From NCBI GenBank assembly GCA_963778095.1, contig CAVZTB010000009.1, positions 56,327 through 120,326 of the forward strand: 64,000 bases of DNA, read 5' to 3'. The position numbers and the translations under genes are program-made. The stretch comes from an uncultured Actinomycetota bacterium (GTDB lineage: Bacteria; Actinomycetota; Actinomycetes; Propionibacteriales; Nocardioidaceae). Of this stretch, positions 35,183-46,474 are shown one piece after another; position 1 is the first letter of the stretch, and each line of letters opens with the position of its first letter. Below the pieces are notes generated by a model. It saw nothing but the letters and a program-made list of their open reading frames with translations, did not search any database and had not been told where the DNA came from.

Positions 35183-36738
35183 ATGACGGACACCGAACGC
35201 CCCTCGTCCTCCGCGTCCCGGCGCACCTTCCTGGCCGGCTCGGCCGCCTCGCTCGGTGCCGGGCTCGTGCTCGGCCCGCTGTCCGCTCCCGCCTCGGCGG
35301 GCGGCGGCGGCAGTCTCGACTCGGGGGAGGACTGGCCGGACGGTCCCGGACGTCCCAACCGCGCGCAGGCTCCCGACGCCGACCTGCGGGCGATCCTGGC
35401 GGCCGTCGACCGCGACCGGATCGAGGCGACCGTCCGCAAGCTGGTCTCCTTCGGCACCCGCCACACGCTGTCCACCCAGGACGACCCGCGACCGCGGCAT
35501 CGGCGCCGCACGTGACTGGATCTTCGCCACGATGCAGTCGGTACGCCGCGCGCGTCCGGCGGCCGCATGACGGTCGAGAAGCAGTCCTACGTGCAGCAGC
35601 CGGCCAGCCGGATCCCGACCGCGACGACGATCACCAACGTCGTCGCCACCCTGCGCGGCTCGTCGGACCCCGACCGCGTCTACGTCGTGTCGGGGCACTA
35701 CGACTCCCGGGTCACCGACGTCATGGACTCCACCAGCGACGCACCCGGGGCCGACGACGACGCGTCGGGCGTGGCCGTCTCGATGGAGCTCGCGCGCGTG
35801 ATGGCGACCCGCCGGCCCGACGCGACGATCGTCTTCGCCGCGGTCGCCGGCGAGGAGCAGGGGCTCTACGGGTCCGACGCACCTGGCCGAGCAGCTCCAG
35901 CAGGCCGGCACGCCGACGTGCAGGGCATGTTCACCAACGACATCGTCGGCAGCTCGACGGCCGACGACGGCGCCCGCGACCCGCGCAGCATGCGGCTGTT
36001 CGCCGAGGGCGTGCCGACCGACGAGACCGAGGCCGAGGCCAACGTCCGCCGCTCGGTCGGCGGCGAGAACGACTCACCGGCCCGCCAGCTCGCCCGCTTC
36101 GTCACGCGAGGTCGCCGACGCCCGGCGGACCGGCATGCACGTCCGGGTGATCTACCGCCGCGACCGCTACCTGCGCGGCGGCGACCACATCCCGTTCCTC
36201 GAGCGCGGCTTCGCCGGCCGCCCGCTTCACCGAGCCCAACGAGGACTTCGCCCACCAGCACCAGGACGTGCGCGTCGAGGACGGCAAGCAGTACGGCGAC
36301 CTGCCGGAGTTCTGCGACTTCGGCTTCATCGCCCGCACCGCGAAGGTGAACGGTGCGGCCCTGTGGTCGCTCGCCGTCGCACCGGGCACGCCCAAGAACG
36401 TCCGCGTCGACACGTCCGTGCTCACCAACGACACGCGGCTGCTGTGGGACGCCGACCCGGCGGCCGACGGCGCGCGCTACGAGATCGTCTGGCGCCCGAC
36501 CATCGAGGACGACTGGACGCACGTGATCGACGCCGGGAGCGCGACCAGCGCGACCGTGGACCTGTCCAAGGACAACGTGTTCTTCGGGGTCCGCGCCGTC
36601 GACGCCGACGGCCACCGCAGCCCCGCGGCCTTCCCGGTCCCGGCCGCCCTCCGCTGGTTGAGCCGATGGCCCCCGGGTGGTCGAGGAGCCGAGCGCGAAG
36701 CGCGAGGCGTCTCGAGACCACGGTCAGGAACGCAGTGA
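35183..36738 (+). CDS. M28 family metallopeptidase with a Tat-type signal, frameshifted; true 3' end uncertain
   Basis: [38 protein letters not shown], and a C-terminal FnIII-like segment ([21 protein letters not shown]). Confidence 0.88.
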
Positions 36739-36787
36739 GTGGTCTCGAGACGGGCTCCGCTAGCGCTCCGCCCTCCTCGACCACCCG
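36674..36787. repeat. REP-like inverted doublet, copy 1
   Basis: CGGGTGGTCGAGGAG...GTCTCGAGACCAC (36674-36721) faces GTGGTCTCGAGAC...CTCCTCGACCACCCG (36739-36787), nearly identical to 44767-44876. Confidence 0.85.
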
Positions 36788-36843
36788 AGCGCACGTTGGT
36801 TCGACAGCGCTCGAGACCAGCGTCGCGGGCCTCGAAACCAGGG

Positions 36844-38019
36844 TCAGGCGGCGGCGGAGTCGTCGCGCGCGGTGACGGCGGGGCGGGCGAAGCGAGAGCA
36901 CCTTGGCCTGCGCCGTGCGCGCGAAGTCGTTGGGCAGCGAGAGCCGGACGACCTTCTTCCAGGCCGAGCCGACCTGGCGCGGCAGCGAGCCGGTGATGTA
37001 GGTCAGGTCGTACTTCGCGAACAGCGCCTGCACCTGCGGGGCGATCTCCTGGTAGCGGTTGCTCGGCAGGTCGGGGAACAGGTGGTGCTCGACCTGGAAC
37101 GACAGGTTGCCGGTCATGAAGTGCATCGCCTTGGAGCCGGTGATGTTGGCCGAGCCGAGCATCTGGCGCAGGTACCACTCGCCGCGGGTCTCGCCGTTGA
37201 TCGAGCGGCGCTCGAAGGTCTGCGACGCCCTCGGGGAAGTGGCCGCACATGATGACCGAGTGGGTCCACAGGTTGCGGACCAGGTTCGCGGTCGCGTTCG
37301 CGCCGAGGGTGGTGAGGAACGACGGGCCGGACAGCAGCGGGTGCACGACGTAGTCCTTGGTCATCTGGCCGCGGATCTTGCTTCAGCGTCACCTGCTCGC
37401 CGCGGGCCTTGAACTCGGGGCTGCTGCGGCGCTTCTTCGACGAGCAGGTTCTTGCCGAGCTCGAGGTCGTAGGCCGCGATGCCGTACTCGAAGAAGCAGG
37501 CGTTGATGAAGTTCCACAGCGGCTGCGCGAGGTAGAACGGCACCCAGCGCTGGTCCTCGTCGACGCGCATGATGCCGTAGCCGAGGTCGTTGTCCTTGCC
37601 GATCACGTTCGTGTAGGTGTGGTGCAGCTCGTTGTGCGAGTGCTTCCACTGCTCCGACGGGGAGGCGTTGTCCCACTCCCACGTGGTCGAGTGGATCTTC
37701 GGGTCGCGCATCCAGTCCCACTGGCCGTGCATGACGTTGTGGCCGATCTCCATGTTCTCGATGATCTTGGCGATCGAGAGGCCGGCGGTGCCGAGGATCC
37801 AGGCCGGCGGGAACATCGAGACCAGCAGGACCGCGCGGCTGCCGAGCTCCAGCTAGCGCTGGGCCTCGATGACCTTGCGGATGTACGCCGCGTCGTCCGC
37901 GCCGCGCGACGTCGACGACGGACGGCCGGATCGCGTCCAGCTCGACGCCGAGCTGCTCGACGTCGTCGGCGCTGAGGTGGGCGGTCGGGTCGTTGGTCCT
38001 TCTTCTGCATGACGGTCAT
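36844..38019 (-). CDS. Acyl-CoA desaturase (mycobacterial DesA3-like), with an in-frame TAG at 37853-37855 and frameshifts
   Basis: AAGGAG RBS, ENMEIGHNVMHGQWDWM, WKHSHNELHHTYTN, CGHFP, QVEHHLFPD. Confidence 0.9.
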
Positions 38020-38063
38020 GGTGATCTCCTTCGGGTCGCGGGATGTGGTGGCTCGAGGGGTGT

Positions 38064-39182
38064 CCAGTGGTCGAGGTCGCAGGCGCCGGCGGCGGCCGAG
38101 ATGCAGGTCTGGACCTTCACGTTGTCGCCGGCGGCGGCGGTGGTGACGTCGCCGGTGCGCAGGTCGCGCACGGCGCCCTCGCGCATCGGCAGCACGCAGC
38201 CGTAGCAGATGCCCATCCGGCACCCGGACGGCATCAGCACGCCGGCGTCCTCGGCGGCGTCGAGGATCGGGGTGGCGCCGTCGGCCTCGCACCGTCGTAC
38301 CGCCGCTGGTGAAGGTGACGGTGCCGCCCTCGCCCGCCGCGACGGTGGCGACGCGGAACTGCTCGGTGAGCAGCGGGAGCCCGTGCTCGGTCGTGGTGCG
38401 CGCCGAGGGCGTCGAGCAGGCCGGCCGGGCCGCAGGCGAACGTGGTGCGCTCCTGGAGGTCGGGGACGAGGTCGGCCAGGTCGGCGACGTCGAGGACGCC
38501 GTGCACGTCGTCGTAGCGCGCGACGAGCCGGATCATCCCGGCCGCGTCGAGCTCGCGCAGGTTGGCGATGAAGATCGAGTCCGGCTCGGTCGGCGCGACG
38601 TGCACGACGGTGATGTCGTAGCCGGCGCTGCGGGCCAGCCGGACGACGCCGGAGTCGGCGACCGGGAACAGGTTGCGCAGCATCCCGATCACCGGGGTGA
38701 TGCCCGAGCCGGCGGTCACGAACAGCAGCTTGGTGCCCTCGGGCGGCAGCACGAACTCGCCGGCCGCCTGCTCGAGGTGGACCAGCGTGCCCGGCGCGGG
38801 CGTGCCGGACCAGGTGGTTGCTGACCTTGCCGTCCGGCACCGCCTTGACGGTGATCGAGATGTGGCCGTCGGCGCGGGGGCCGTGCGTCAGGGAGTAGGC
38901 CCGCCACAGGCGGACGCCGTCGACGTCGATGCCGATGCGGACGTACTGGCCGGGCACGTGGCCGGCCCAGTCCGCGCCCGGGCGGATCACGATGGTGGCG
39001 GCGTCGGCGGTCTCGGGCTGGACCTCCACGATGCGACCGCGCAGGTCGGCGCCGGGGCGCAGCGGGTCGAACAGGTCGAGGTAGTCCGCCGGCAGCAGCG
39101 GCGTGGTGGCCCGCTCGGCGAGCCGGGCCGCCCGGCGCAGCAGCGAGGCGGCGCGGTCGCGGGTCTGGACGGATTGGCTCAT
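38064..39182 (-). CDS. FAD/NAD(P)-binding, 2Fe-2S ferredoxin reductase, the desaturase redox partner (Rv3230c-like), frameshifted
   Basis: PGQYV, RAYSLT, AGSGITP, FACGP, GCRMGICYGC...C. Confidence 0.9.
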
Positions 39183-39249
39183 GTATCCATCGTGTCTGAC
39201 CGAGGGGGGTAAGATCATGACCAGTCGGCGTGAAAACGGCGGCACTTCT

Positions 39250-39264
39250 TGTTCGGAGGGAACA
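39250..39264. promoter_or_regulatory. Short palindrome TGTTC-N5-GAACA in the divergent reductase/PucR promoter region
   Basis: TGTTC GGAGG GAACA. The spacer is the GGAGG RBS of the regulator. Confidence 0.45.
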
Positions 39265-39268
39265 GTTC

Positions 39269-40518
39269 ATGGCCGCAGACGTGTCGAGCGCCACCGCGCG
39301 GGGCGCGATCGCGCTGCAGATCGACGAGCAGGTGGTCCGCGTGCTGCGCGAGCGGCTGCCCGACGTGGCCACGCACACCGTCGCCGCGGTGACCGCCGAG
39401 GTGCCCGGCTACACCGGGGCGCTGAGCGGCTCGATGGGCGACAACATCGAGGCCGCGGTGCAGATGGCGCTGGCCGGCTTCCTCAAGCTGGCCGGCGGCA
39501 GCCGCGACGCGGACCCGAGCACGCCGCTCGGCCCGACGCTCGAGGGCGCCTACGCCCTGGGCCGGGGCGAGGCCCGCAGCGGCCGCTCGATGGACGCGCT
39601 GCTCGCGGCCTACCGGGTCGGCGCGCGCGTGGCCTGGCGGGAGCTGGCCTCGCTCGGCGGCCGAGGCCGGGATCGCGGCCGGCACGATGGCCCAGTTCGC
39701 CGAGCTGGTCTTCGCCTACATCGACGAGCTGTCCGCCTCCAGCGTCGCCGGGCACACCGACGAGCTGTCCACCAGCGGCCGGGTCCGCGAGCGCTACCGG
39801 GAGCGGCTCGGCCAGCAGCTGCTGGCGGGCGCCGGACCCGACGTGCTCGCCGCGGCCGCCGAGCGCGCCGGCTGGCCGGTGCCGATCACGCTGACCGCGG
39901 TCCTGCTGCCCGCCGCCCAGGTGCGCGGAGCGCTCGCGTCCCTCGGGCCGGCCACGCTGCCGGTCGGTGAGGACCTGCCCGGCGCCGAGGCCGGCGAGGG
40001 TCAGCCCGCTCTCGCTGCTGCTGGTGCCGGACGTCGACGGCGCCCGGCCGCCGGCACCTGGTCCGGGTGCTCGACGGGCCGGCAGGCCGTGGTCGGTCCG
40101 CCCCGTCCGTGGCTGCGGGCCCGGTCGTCGTACGACCGGGCGGCGCGGACGATCGCGCTGCTCGGCCACGCCGACGCACACGGGGCGGCCGTCGACAGCG
40201 AGGACCACCTGGCCCAGCTGGTCGTCGAGGCCGACCCCGACGCGCTGGCCGACCTGCGCGCCCGCGCGCTGGCGCCGCTGGACGACCTGCGGCCCGCCGC
40301 CCGGGAGCGGCTGGAGGAGACGCTCCGGTCCTGGCTGCTGCACCAGGGTCGCCGCGACGCGGTCGCCGCGGACCTGCACGTGCACGCGCAGACGGTGCGC
40401 TACCGGATGGGCCAGCTGCGCGAGCTGTACGGCGACCGGCTCGACGACCCCGCGCACGGTGCTCGAGCTCGTCGTCGCGCTGCGCCTCGACCGGCCCGCG
40501 GCGCGGGTCCTCCTCTAG
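39269..40518 (+). CDS. PucR/CdaR family transcriptional regulator, frameshifted
   Basis: LGRGEARSGRSMDALLAAYRVGAR; C-terminal HTH LEETLRSWL..G.R..VAADLHVHAQTVRYRM. Confidence 0.9.
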
Positions 40519-40584
40519 AATCCCGGTAGCACCGATCGGGACCCCGTCTGGTGCTCGTCTCGGTCGACGACAAGGTGGATCTCC

Positions 40585-43500
40585 GTGCGGGCGATGTTTC
40601 AGCGCAGCGGCGAGGTGGGCCGCGACCTCCTCGCAGGTCGACTGGCCGCCACCCCGCTCGGGGACCCCGACGACTGGCCGCGCAGCCTGGAGTCCGTCGT
40701 CCGGCTGATGCTCACCTCGCGCTTCTCGATGTGGATGGCCTGGGGCCCGGACCTGACCTTCTTCTGCAACGACGCCTACCGCCGCGACACCCTCGGCGAC
40801 AAGTACCCGTGGGCGCTCGGCAAGCCGGCCTCCGTCGTGTGGTCGGAGATCTGGGACGACATCTCCGACCGGATCGACACGGTGATGTCGACCGGCATGG
40901 CGACCTGGGACGAGTCGCTGATGCTGTTCCTCGAGCGCAGCGGCTACACCGAGGAGTCGTTCCACACCTTCTCCTACAGCCCGATCTTCGACGACCACGG
41001 CGTGATCGCCGGGATGCTCTGCGTGGTCAAGGAGGACACCGAGGAGGTCGTCGCGCACCGGCGCATGCAGACGCTGCGCGACCTCGGCTCGCGGCGGACC
41101 TCGAACCTCACCGAGACCGAGACGATCGCCACCGCCTGCGAGGAGCTGGCGCACCAGCCGCGCGGACCTGCCGTTCTCCTGGTCTACCTGTTCGACGTCG
41201 GACGGCGCGACCGCCCGGCTGGTCGGCCAGCGTCGGGTTCGACGGCGAGCACCCGGCCGCGCCCGAGGAGCATCGACGTCGCGGACCCGGACGAGGTCTG
41301 GCCCGCGGCGCGCGCCGCGCGACGGCGAGGCCACGATCGTCGAACAGCTCGAGGACCGGTTCTTCGACCTGCCCACCGGCTCCTGGGACGTCGGCCCGAG
41401 CCAGGCCCTGGTCGTGCCGCTCGCCGCCAGCGCCGGCGGGCGGCCCTACGGGTTCCAGGTCTTCGGCCTCAACCGGTTCCGGCCGCTCGACGAGGGCTAC
41501 CGGGACTTCTGCGACCTGGTCGCCGCCCAGCTCGCCGCCAGCCTCACCGACGCCCGCGCCTACGAGTTCGAGCGCAGCCGGGCCGAGACGCTCGCCGAGC
41601 TCGACCAGGCCAAGACCGACTTCTTCACCAACGTCAGCCACGAGTTCCGCACCCCGCTGACCCTGCTGCTCGGGCCGGCCGAGGACGCGGTCAACGACGA
41701 GGCGACCCGCTCGACCGGGCGCCAGCGCGACCGCGTCGAGGTGATCCTGCGCAACGGCCAGCGGCTGCTCAAGCTGGTCAACACGCTGCTCGACTTCTCC
41801 CGGCTGGAGTCCGGCCGCGTCGAGGCCCGCTTCGAGCCGGTCGACCTCGCGCAGTACACCCGCGAGCTGGCCAGCATGTTCGAGACCGCCGCGGAGCGCC
41901 TCGGCCTCAAGCTGAGCCGTCGACTGGCAGCCGCTCCCGCAGCCCGTGTACGTCGACCGCGACCTGTGGGCCAAGGTCGTGCTCAACCTGCTGTCGAACG
42001 CCCTGAAGTTCACCTTCGAGGGCGGCATCACGGTGCGGCTCGTGGCGGGACCCTCCGGTCCAGCCGAGCTGAGCGTCAGCGACACCGGCACCGGCATCCC
42101 CGAGAACGAGGTCCCGCACCTGTTCGAGCGGTTCCACCGGGTCTCCGGCGCGCGGTCGCGCACCCACGAGGGGTCGGGCATCGGCCTCGCGCTGGTCTCC
42201 GAGCTCGTCGCCCTGCACGGCGGCCGGGTGTCACGCCGACCAGCGAGGTGGACGCAGGGCACGACGTTCACCGTCCGGCTGCCGTTCGGCAGCGCCCACC
42301 TGCCCGCCCGAGCAGGTCGCGGACGCGCGGGACGGCGTCTCGGCGACCGTCACCGCGGTGGCCGAGGGCTTCCTGGCCGAGGCGACGCACTGGATCGACC
42401 CCGACGCCGCCGACCTGTCGGTGCCGGCCGGCGACACCGGCGTCGGGCGGCCGCGGATCCTCGTCGTCGACGACAACGCCGACATCCGGGAGTACGTCGC
42501 CGGGCTGCTCAGCGAGCGACTACGTCGTGCAGACCGCCGTGGACGGCCAGTCGACGGGCTCGACCAGGCGCTCGGCGCTGCCGCCGGACCTGGTGCTGAC
42601 CGACGTGATGATGCCGCGGATGGACGGCTTCGAGCTGCTCGCCGCTCTGCAGGCCGACCCGACACGGTCGGGGTGCCGGTCGTCATGCTGTCCGCCCGGG
42701 CCGGCGAGGAGGGCACCCTCCAGGGCCTCGACGCCGGCGCCGACGACTACCTGGTCAAGCCGTTCACCGCCCGCGAGCTGCTGGCGCGGGTGCGCGTCCA
42801 ACCTCGAGCTCGACCGCGCCCGTCGTACCCGTCGGCAGCTCGAGCGCAGCCGCAGCCTGCTCGACCGAGGCCCAGCGGCTGGCGCGGGTCGGCAGCTGGG
42901 AGATCGACCTCGCACCGGGCAGGTCGAGTTCTCCGACGAGTACCTCCGCGTCGTCGGGCCGCACCCGCGAGGAGCTCGACCGCGATGACCTCGAGCGACA
43001 TCGTCGACCTCGTGGTGCACCCCGACGACCGGGAGCGGGTCGCAGCAGGACCTGTCCGACGCGGAGTCCGACGGCTTCCACTACGAGTTCCGGATCGTGC
43101 GTCCCACCGGCGACGACGGAGATCCTGGTCGCGATCTTCGGCGAGGTCGTGCTGGGCGAGGACGGCAGCGCGAGTCGGCTGCGCGGGTCCGTGCAGGACA
43201 TCACCGAGCGGCGGGCCGCGGAGGAGGCGCTCGCGATGGCGGCCGCCAACGCCGAGGCGGCCGCGCGCGAGCACGCGATCGCCGACCAGCTCCAGCGCAG
43301 CCTGCTGCCCCAGAAGGGCTTCGACCTCGACCACCTCGAGGTGGCGACTTACTACCGCGCCGGCGTCGAGGGCACCCAGGTCGGCGGTGACTGGTACGAC
43401 GTGATCGAGCTCGGCGGCGGCCGCACGGCCCTCGTCGTCGGCGACGTGATGGGCCGCGGCGTGCAGGCGGCGGCGGTGATGGGCCAGCTGCGCGCGGCGG

Positions 43501-44361
43501 TGCGCGCCTACGCCCGGCTCGACCTGCCGCCCGCCGACCTGCTCGAGTCGCTCGACGGGCTGGTCCGCGACATCGGCGACGACCAGATCGTCACCTGCAT
43601 CTACGCCGTCTTCGACCCGGCCGACCGGTGCCTGCGCTTCGCGAACGCCGGGCACCTGCCGCCGATCGTCGCGGTGCCCGGGCGGCGAGTGCCGGGTGGT
43701 CGGCGGCGACGAGAACCCGCCGCTCGGCGTCGGGCCGTTCAACCTCACCCAGCACGAGGTCGACCTCGAGTCCAACGCCCGCGTGGTGCTCTACACCGAC
43801 GGGCTGGTGGAGCGGCGCGGCGAGGACCTCGGCGTCGGCATCGAGAACGCTGGCCCGGCACGTCGCGGAGATGATCGGGCCCGGTCGACGGCGTCCCCGA
43901 GGAGCTCGTCGCGGCGATGCTGCCCGACGGCCCCGACGACGACGTCGCGATCCTGGTGGCGCGCGTCGACCCGCCGTCGGGGGAGGAGAGCCTGTCCCAC
44001 CGGATCGACGTGCACGACACCGCCGTGGCCGAGGCGCGGCACCTGGTCATGTCGTACCTCCAGGAGCGCGACATGCCGGCCCCCCTGGTCGCCGACGCGG
44101 CGCTGGCCACCAGCGAGCTGGTCACCAACGCGGTCGCTGCACGGCAGGCCGCCGGTCGAGCTGCGGCTGCGGCTCGAGGGCGCCGACGTGCTGATCGAGG
44201 TGCGCGACCGGGCCACCTACCAGCCCCGCAAGCAGCGGCCCGACGAGGACGACGAGCACGGGCGCGGCCTGCAGATCGTCGCCGCGCTGTCCGCCCGCTG
44301 GGGCACCCGGCCCACCGAGCACGGCAAGGCCGTGTGGTGCGTGCTGTCGGCGAAGGGCTGA
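40585..44361 (+). CDS. Hybrid sensor: PAS-like/GAF-HisKA-HATPase-REC-PAS-SpoIIE(PP2C)-RsbW-like HATPase, frameshifted
   Basis: [32 protein letters not shown]; VVDDN..DVMMP.MDG..KPF; VHPDDR; VGGDWYD, GDVMGRG, NAGH.PP, YTDGLVE, DDVA; SELVTNA, GRGL, GKAVW. Confidence 0.88.
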
Positions 44362-44363
44362 CG

Positions 44364-44760
44364 GTGGAGGAGGCGCAGGTTCGCGCTGCGCTTCCGCGAC
44401 CTCGACGCGTTCGGGCACGTCTACCACGCGGAGTACCTCACCCTGCTCGACGAGGCACGCACCCGTGGTTCGGCGACGTGCTCCGGCTCGACGACGCCGG
44501 GCGACTACGTGCTGGCCCGGGTCGAGGTCGACTACGTCAGCAGCCTGGTCCGCGACGGACGCCTGGGTCACCGCGGACTTCGTGGTCGAGCGCGTCGGCG
44601 CGACCAGCCTCACGCTCGCGCGAGACGCTGCTCGCCCAGGACGGCCGCGTGGTCGCCCGCGGCCGCTCGGTCTGCGTGCTGCGCGACGCCGGCGTCGGGT
44701 GCGTCGCGACGGGTGACCGACGCGGAGCGCGCCCGCGCGGAGGCGTTCACCGCCGGGTAG
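44364..44760 (+). CDS. Acyl-CoA thioesterase (4HBT/YbgC-like hotdog fold), frameshifted
   Basis: RFRDLDAFGHVYHAEYLTLLDEAR, YVLARVEVDY, ERVGATS. Confidence 0.8.
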
Positions 44761-44766
44761 CGCCTC

Positions 44767-44876
44767 CGGTTGGTCGAGGAGCCGAGCGCGCAGCGCGAGG
44801 CGTCTCGAGACCACCGCGGCGGGGCACAGTGGTCTCGAGCGGACTCCGCTAGCGCTTCGTCCTCCTCGACCACCCG
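44767..44876. repeat. REP-like inverted doublet, copy 2
   Basis: The left unit is 44767-44814 and the right unit 44829-44876, in the same arrangement as 36674-36787. Confidence 0.85.
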
Positions 44877-44922
44877 CTGGGGCCGATTTGCCCCTGCGGC
44901 CGGGGTTTCCTACGGTCGTTCG

Positions 44923-45869
44923 ATGACCTCCCCCGCCCGCAGGCCGTCGATCACCCGTGCCGTCGCCGTCGGCGCCGCCCTCTCCGCCGTCCTCGGGGTG
45001 GGCCTGGCCGGCCCCGCCGACGCCGTCGACGTACCCGCGCGCCCGGCACGCCGGCCCCGGCGCCCGGCCCCGCGCCGGCCCCTGCGGACGCGAGCACCGA
45101 CCTGACGATCGCGTCGTTCAACGTGCTGGGCAGCAGCCACACGCGCGGCGCCCACGGCTACGCCTCCGGCGTGCGCCGCACCAAGGGCGTCGTCCGCCTG
45201 CTGGCCAAGCACGACGTCGAGGTCGTGGGCCTCCAGGAGATGCAGTCCGACCAGATGCGCAGCTTCCAGCGGCGCACCGACGGCGCCTACGCGATGTACC
45301 CGGGCTTCTCCGGCGAGCGCGAGATCGACGGCGAGAACTCGCTGGCCTGGGACCGGTCGACCTGGGAGGCCGTCGAGAAGCGCACCTTCACGATCCCCTA
45401 CTTCCACGGCAACCGCCGCACCATGCCGCTGGTCAAGCTGCGCAACCAGGAGACCGGCATGACCGCCTGGTTCGCCAACGTGCACAACCCGGCGTCGACG
45501 CGCGAGCACGGCGGCTCCGCCCGCTGGCGCGCCCGGGCGATCCGGGCCGAGGCGCGACTGGCCCGGCGGCTGCACGACACCGGCGTCCCGGTGTTCCTCA
45601 CCGGCGACATGAACGAGCGGGAGCAGGCGTTCTGCCCGCTGACCGGCTCGGCGCCGCTGCAGGCCGCCCGCGGCGGCAGCCACACCGACGGCACCTGCCG
45701 CGCCGGCGACCCGAAGTACGTCGACTGGGCGTTCGGCAGCAAGCAGCTCGACTTCAGCGACTACGTCGAGGACCGCGGGGCCGTGAACAGGCGGACCAGC
45801 GACCACCCGATCGTGGTCAGCGACGCCCACATCGACGGCAGCACCTTCGCCTCCGCCGTCCAGCGCTGA
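44923..45869 (+). CDS. Secreted endonuclease/exonuclease/phosphatase (EEP) family protein
   Basis: Signal peptide, IASFNVLG, GLQE, NVH, TGDMN, VDW, SDHP. Confidence 0.85.
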
Positions 45870-45901
45870 CCCGGACACCCACGGCCCGTCATACTCGCGG
45901 C

Positions 45902-46474
45902 ATGCGCAGATGGGTGCCGTTCTCGGCCGGCTTGGCTCCGACCGTCCTGATCGGCGGCTGGACGCTCGCGGCGTCCCGCCAGCGGGGCGGCTTCGACCAG
46001 GTGCGGGACACGATCAGCGCGCTGGCCGCGCACGGGGCCGACGACCGCTGGCTGATGACCGGCGCCCTCGCGGCCCTGGGTGCCGCGCACGTCGCGACCG
46101 CGGCCGGCCTCGAGGAGGCGGCGCCCGCGGGCCGGGTCGTGCTGGCCTTCGGCGGCGTGACCGCCGCCCTGGTCGCGGCCTTCCCGCAGCCCTCGGCCGG
46201 TCACTTCCCGGCGGCGACGGCCAGCTTCGTGGCGCTGGCGGTGTGGCCGGCCGCTGTCCGGGCTGCCGACGCCGGCCGGCGGTCGCTGGGCGACCGCCGG
46301 CCTCGCCGCGCTCCTGCGGCTGGTTCGCTCGCCTCGAGCTCGGGGACGGTGCGACCTGCTCGGCCTCACCGAGCGGGTGGCGGCCGGCGCCGAGGCGCTG
46401 TGGCCGCTGGCCGTGGTCGCTCGGCGGTGCGTCAGGCGCGGTCGAACGACGCGATGTCGATGACGAACCGGTAG
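45902..46474 (+). CDS. DUF998 family membrane protein (3' end uncertain)
   Basis: FDQVRDTISALAA, several TM helices, VAAFP, GLTER. Confidence 0.7.
   Translation: MRRWVPFSAGLAPTVLIGGWTLAASRQRGGFDQVRDTISALAAHGADDRWLMTGALAALGAAHVATAAGLEEAAPAGRVVLAFGGVTAALVAAFPQPSAGHFPAATASFVALAVWPAAVRAADAGRRSLGDRRPRRAPAAGSLASSSGTVRPARPHRAGGGRRRGAVAAGRGRSAVRQARSNDAMSMTNR

Noticed and set aside
36651-36840. Possible CRISPR array (recurring TCTCGAGACC units)
   Set aside because: The units are inverted, few and irregularly spaced, with no cas genes nearby. They fit REP-type repeats.
37853-37855. Amber recoding (pyrrolysine or stop reassignment)
   Set aside because: It is a single instance. TAG ends other genes normally (for example at 7338 and 44760), and there are no pyl genes or suppressor tRNA in the window.
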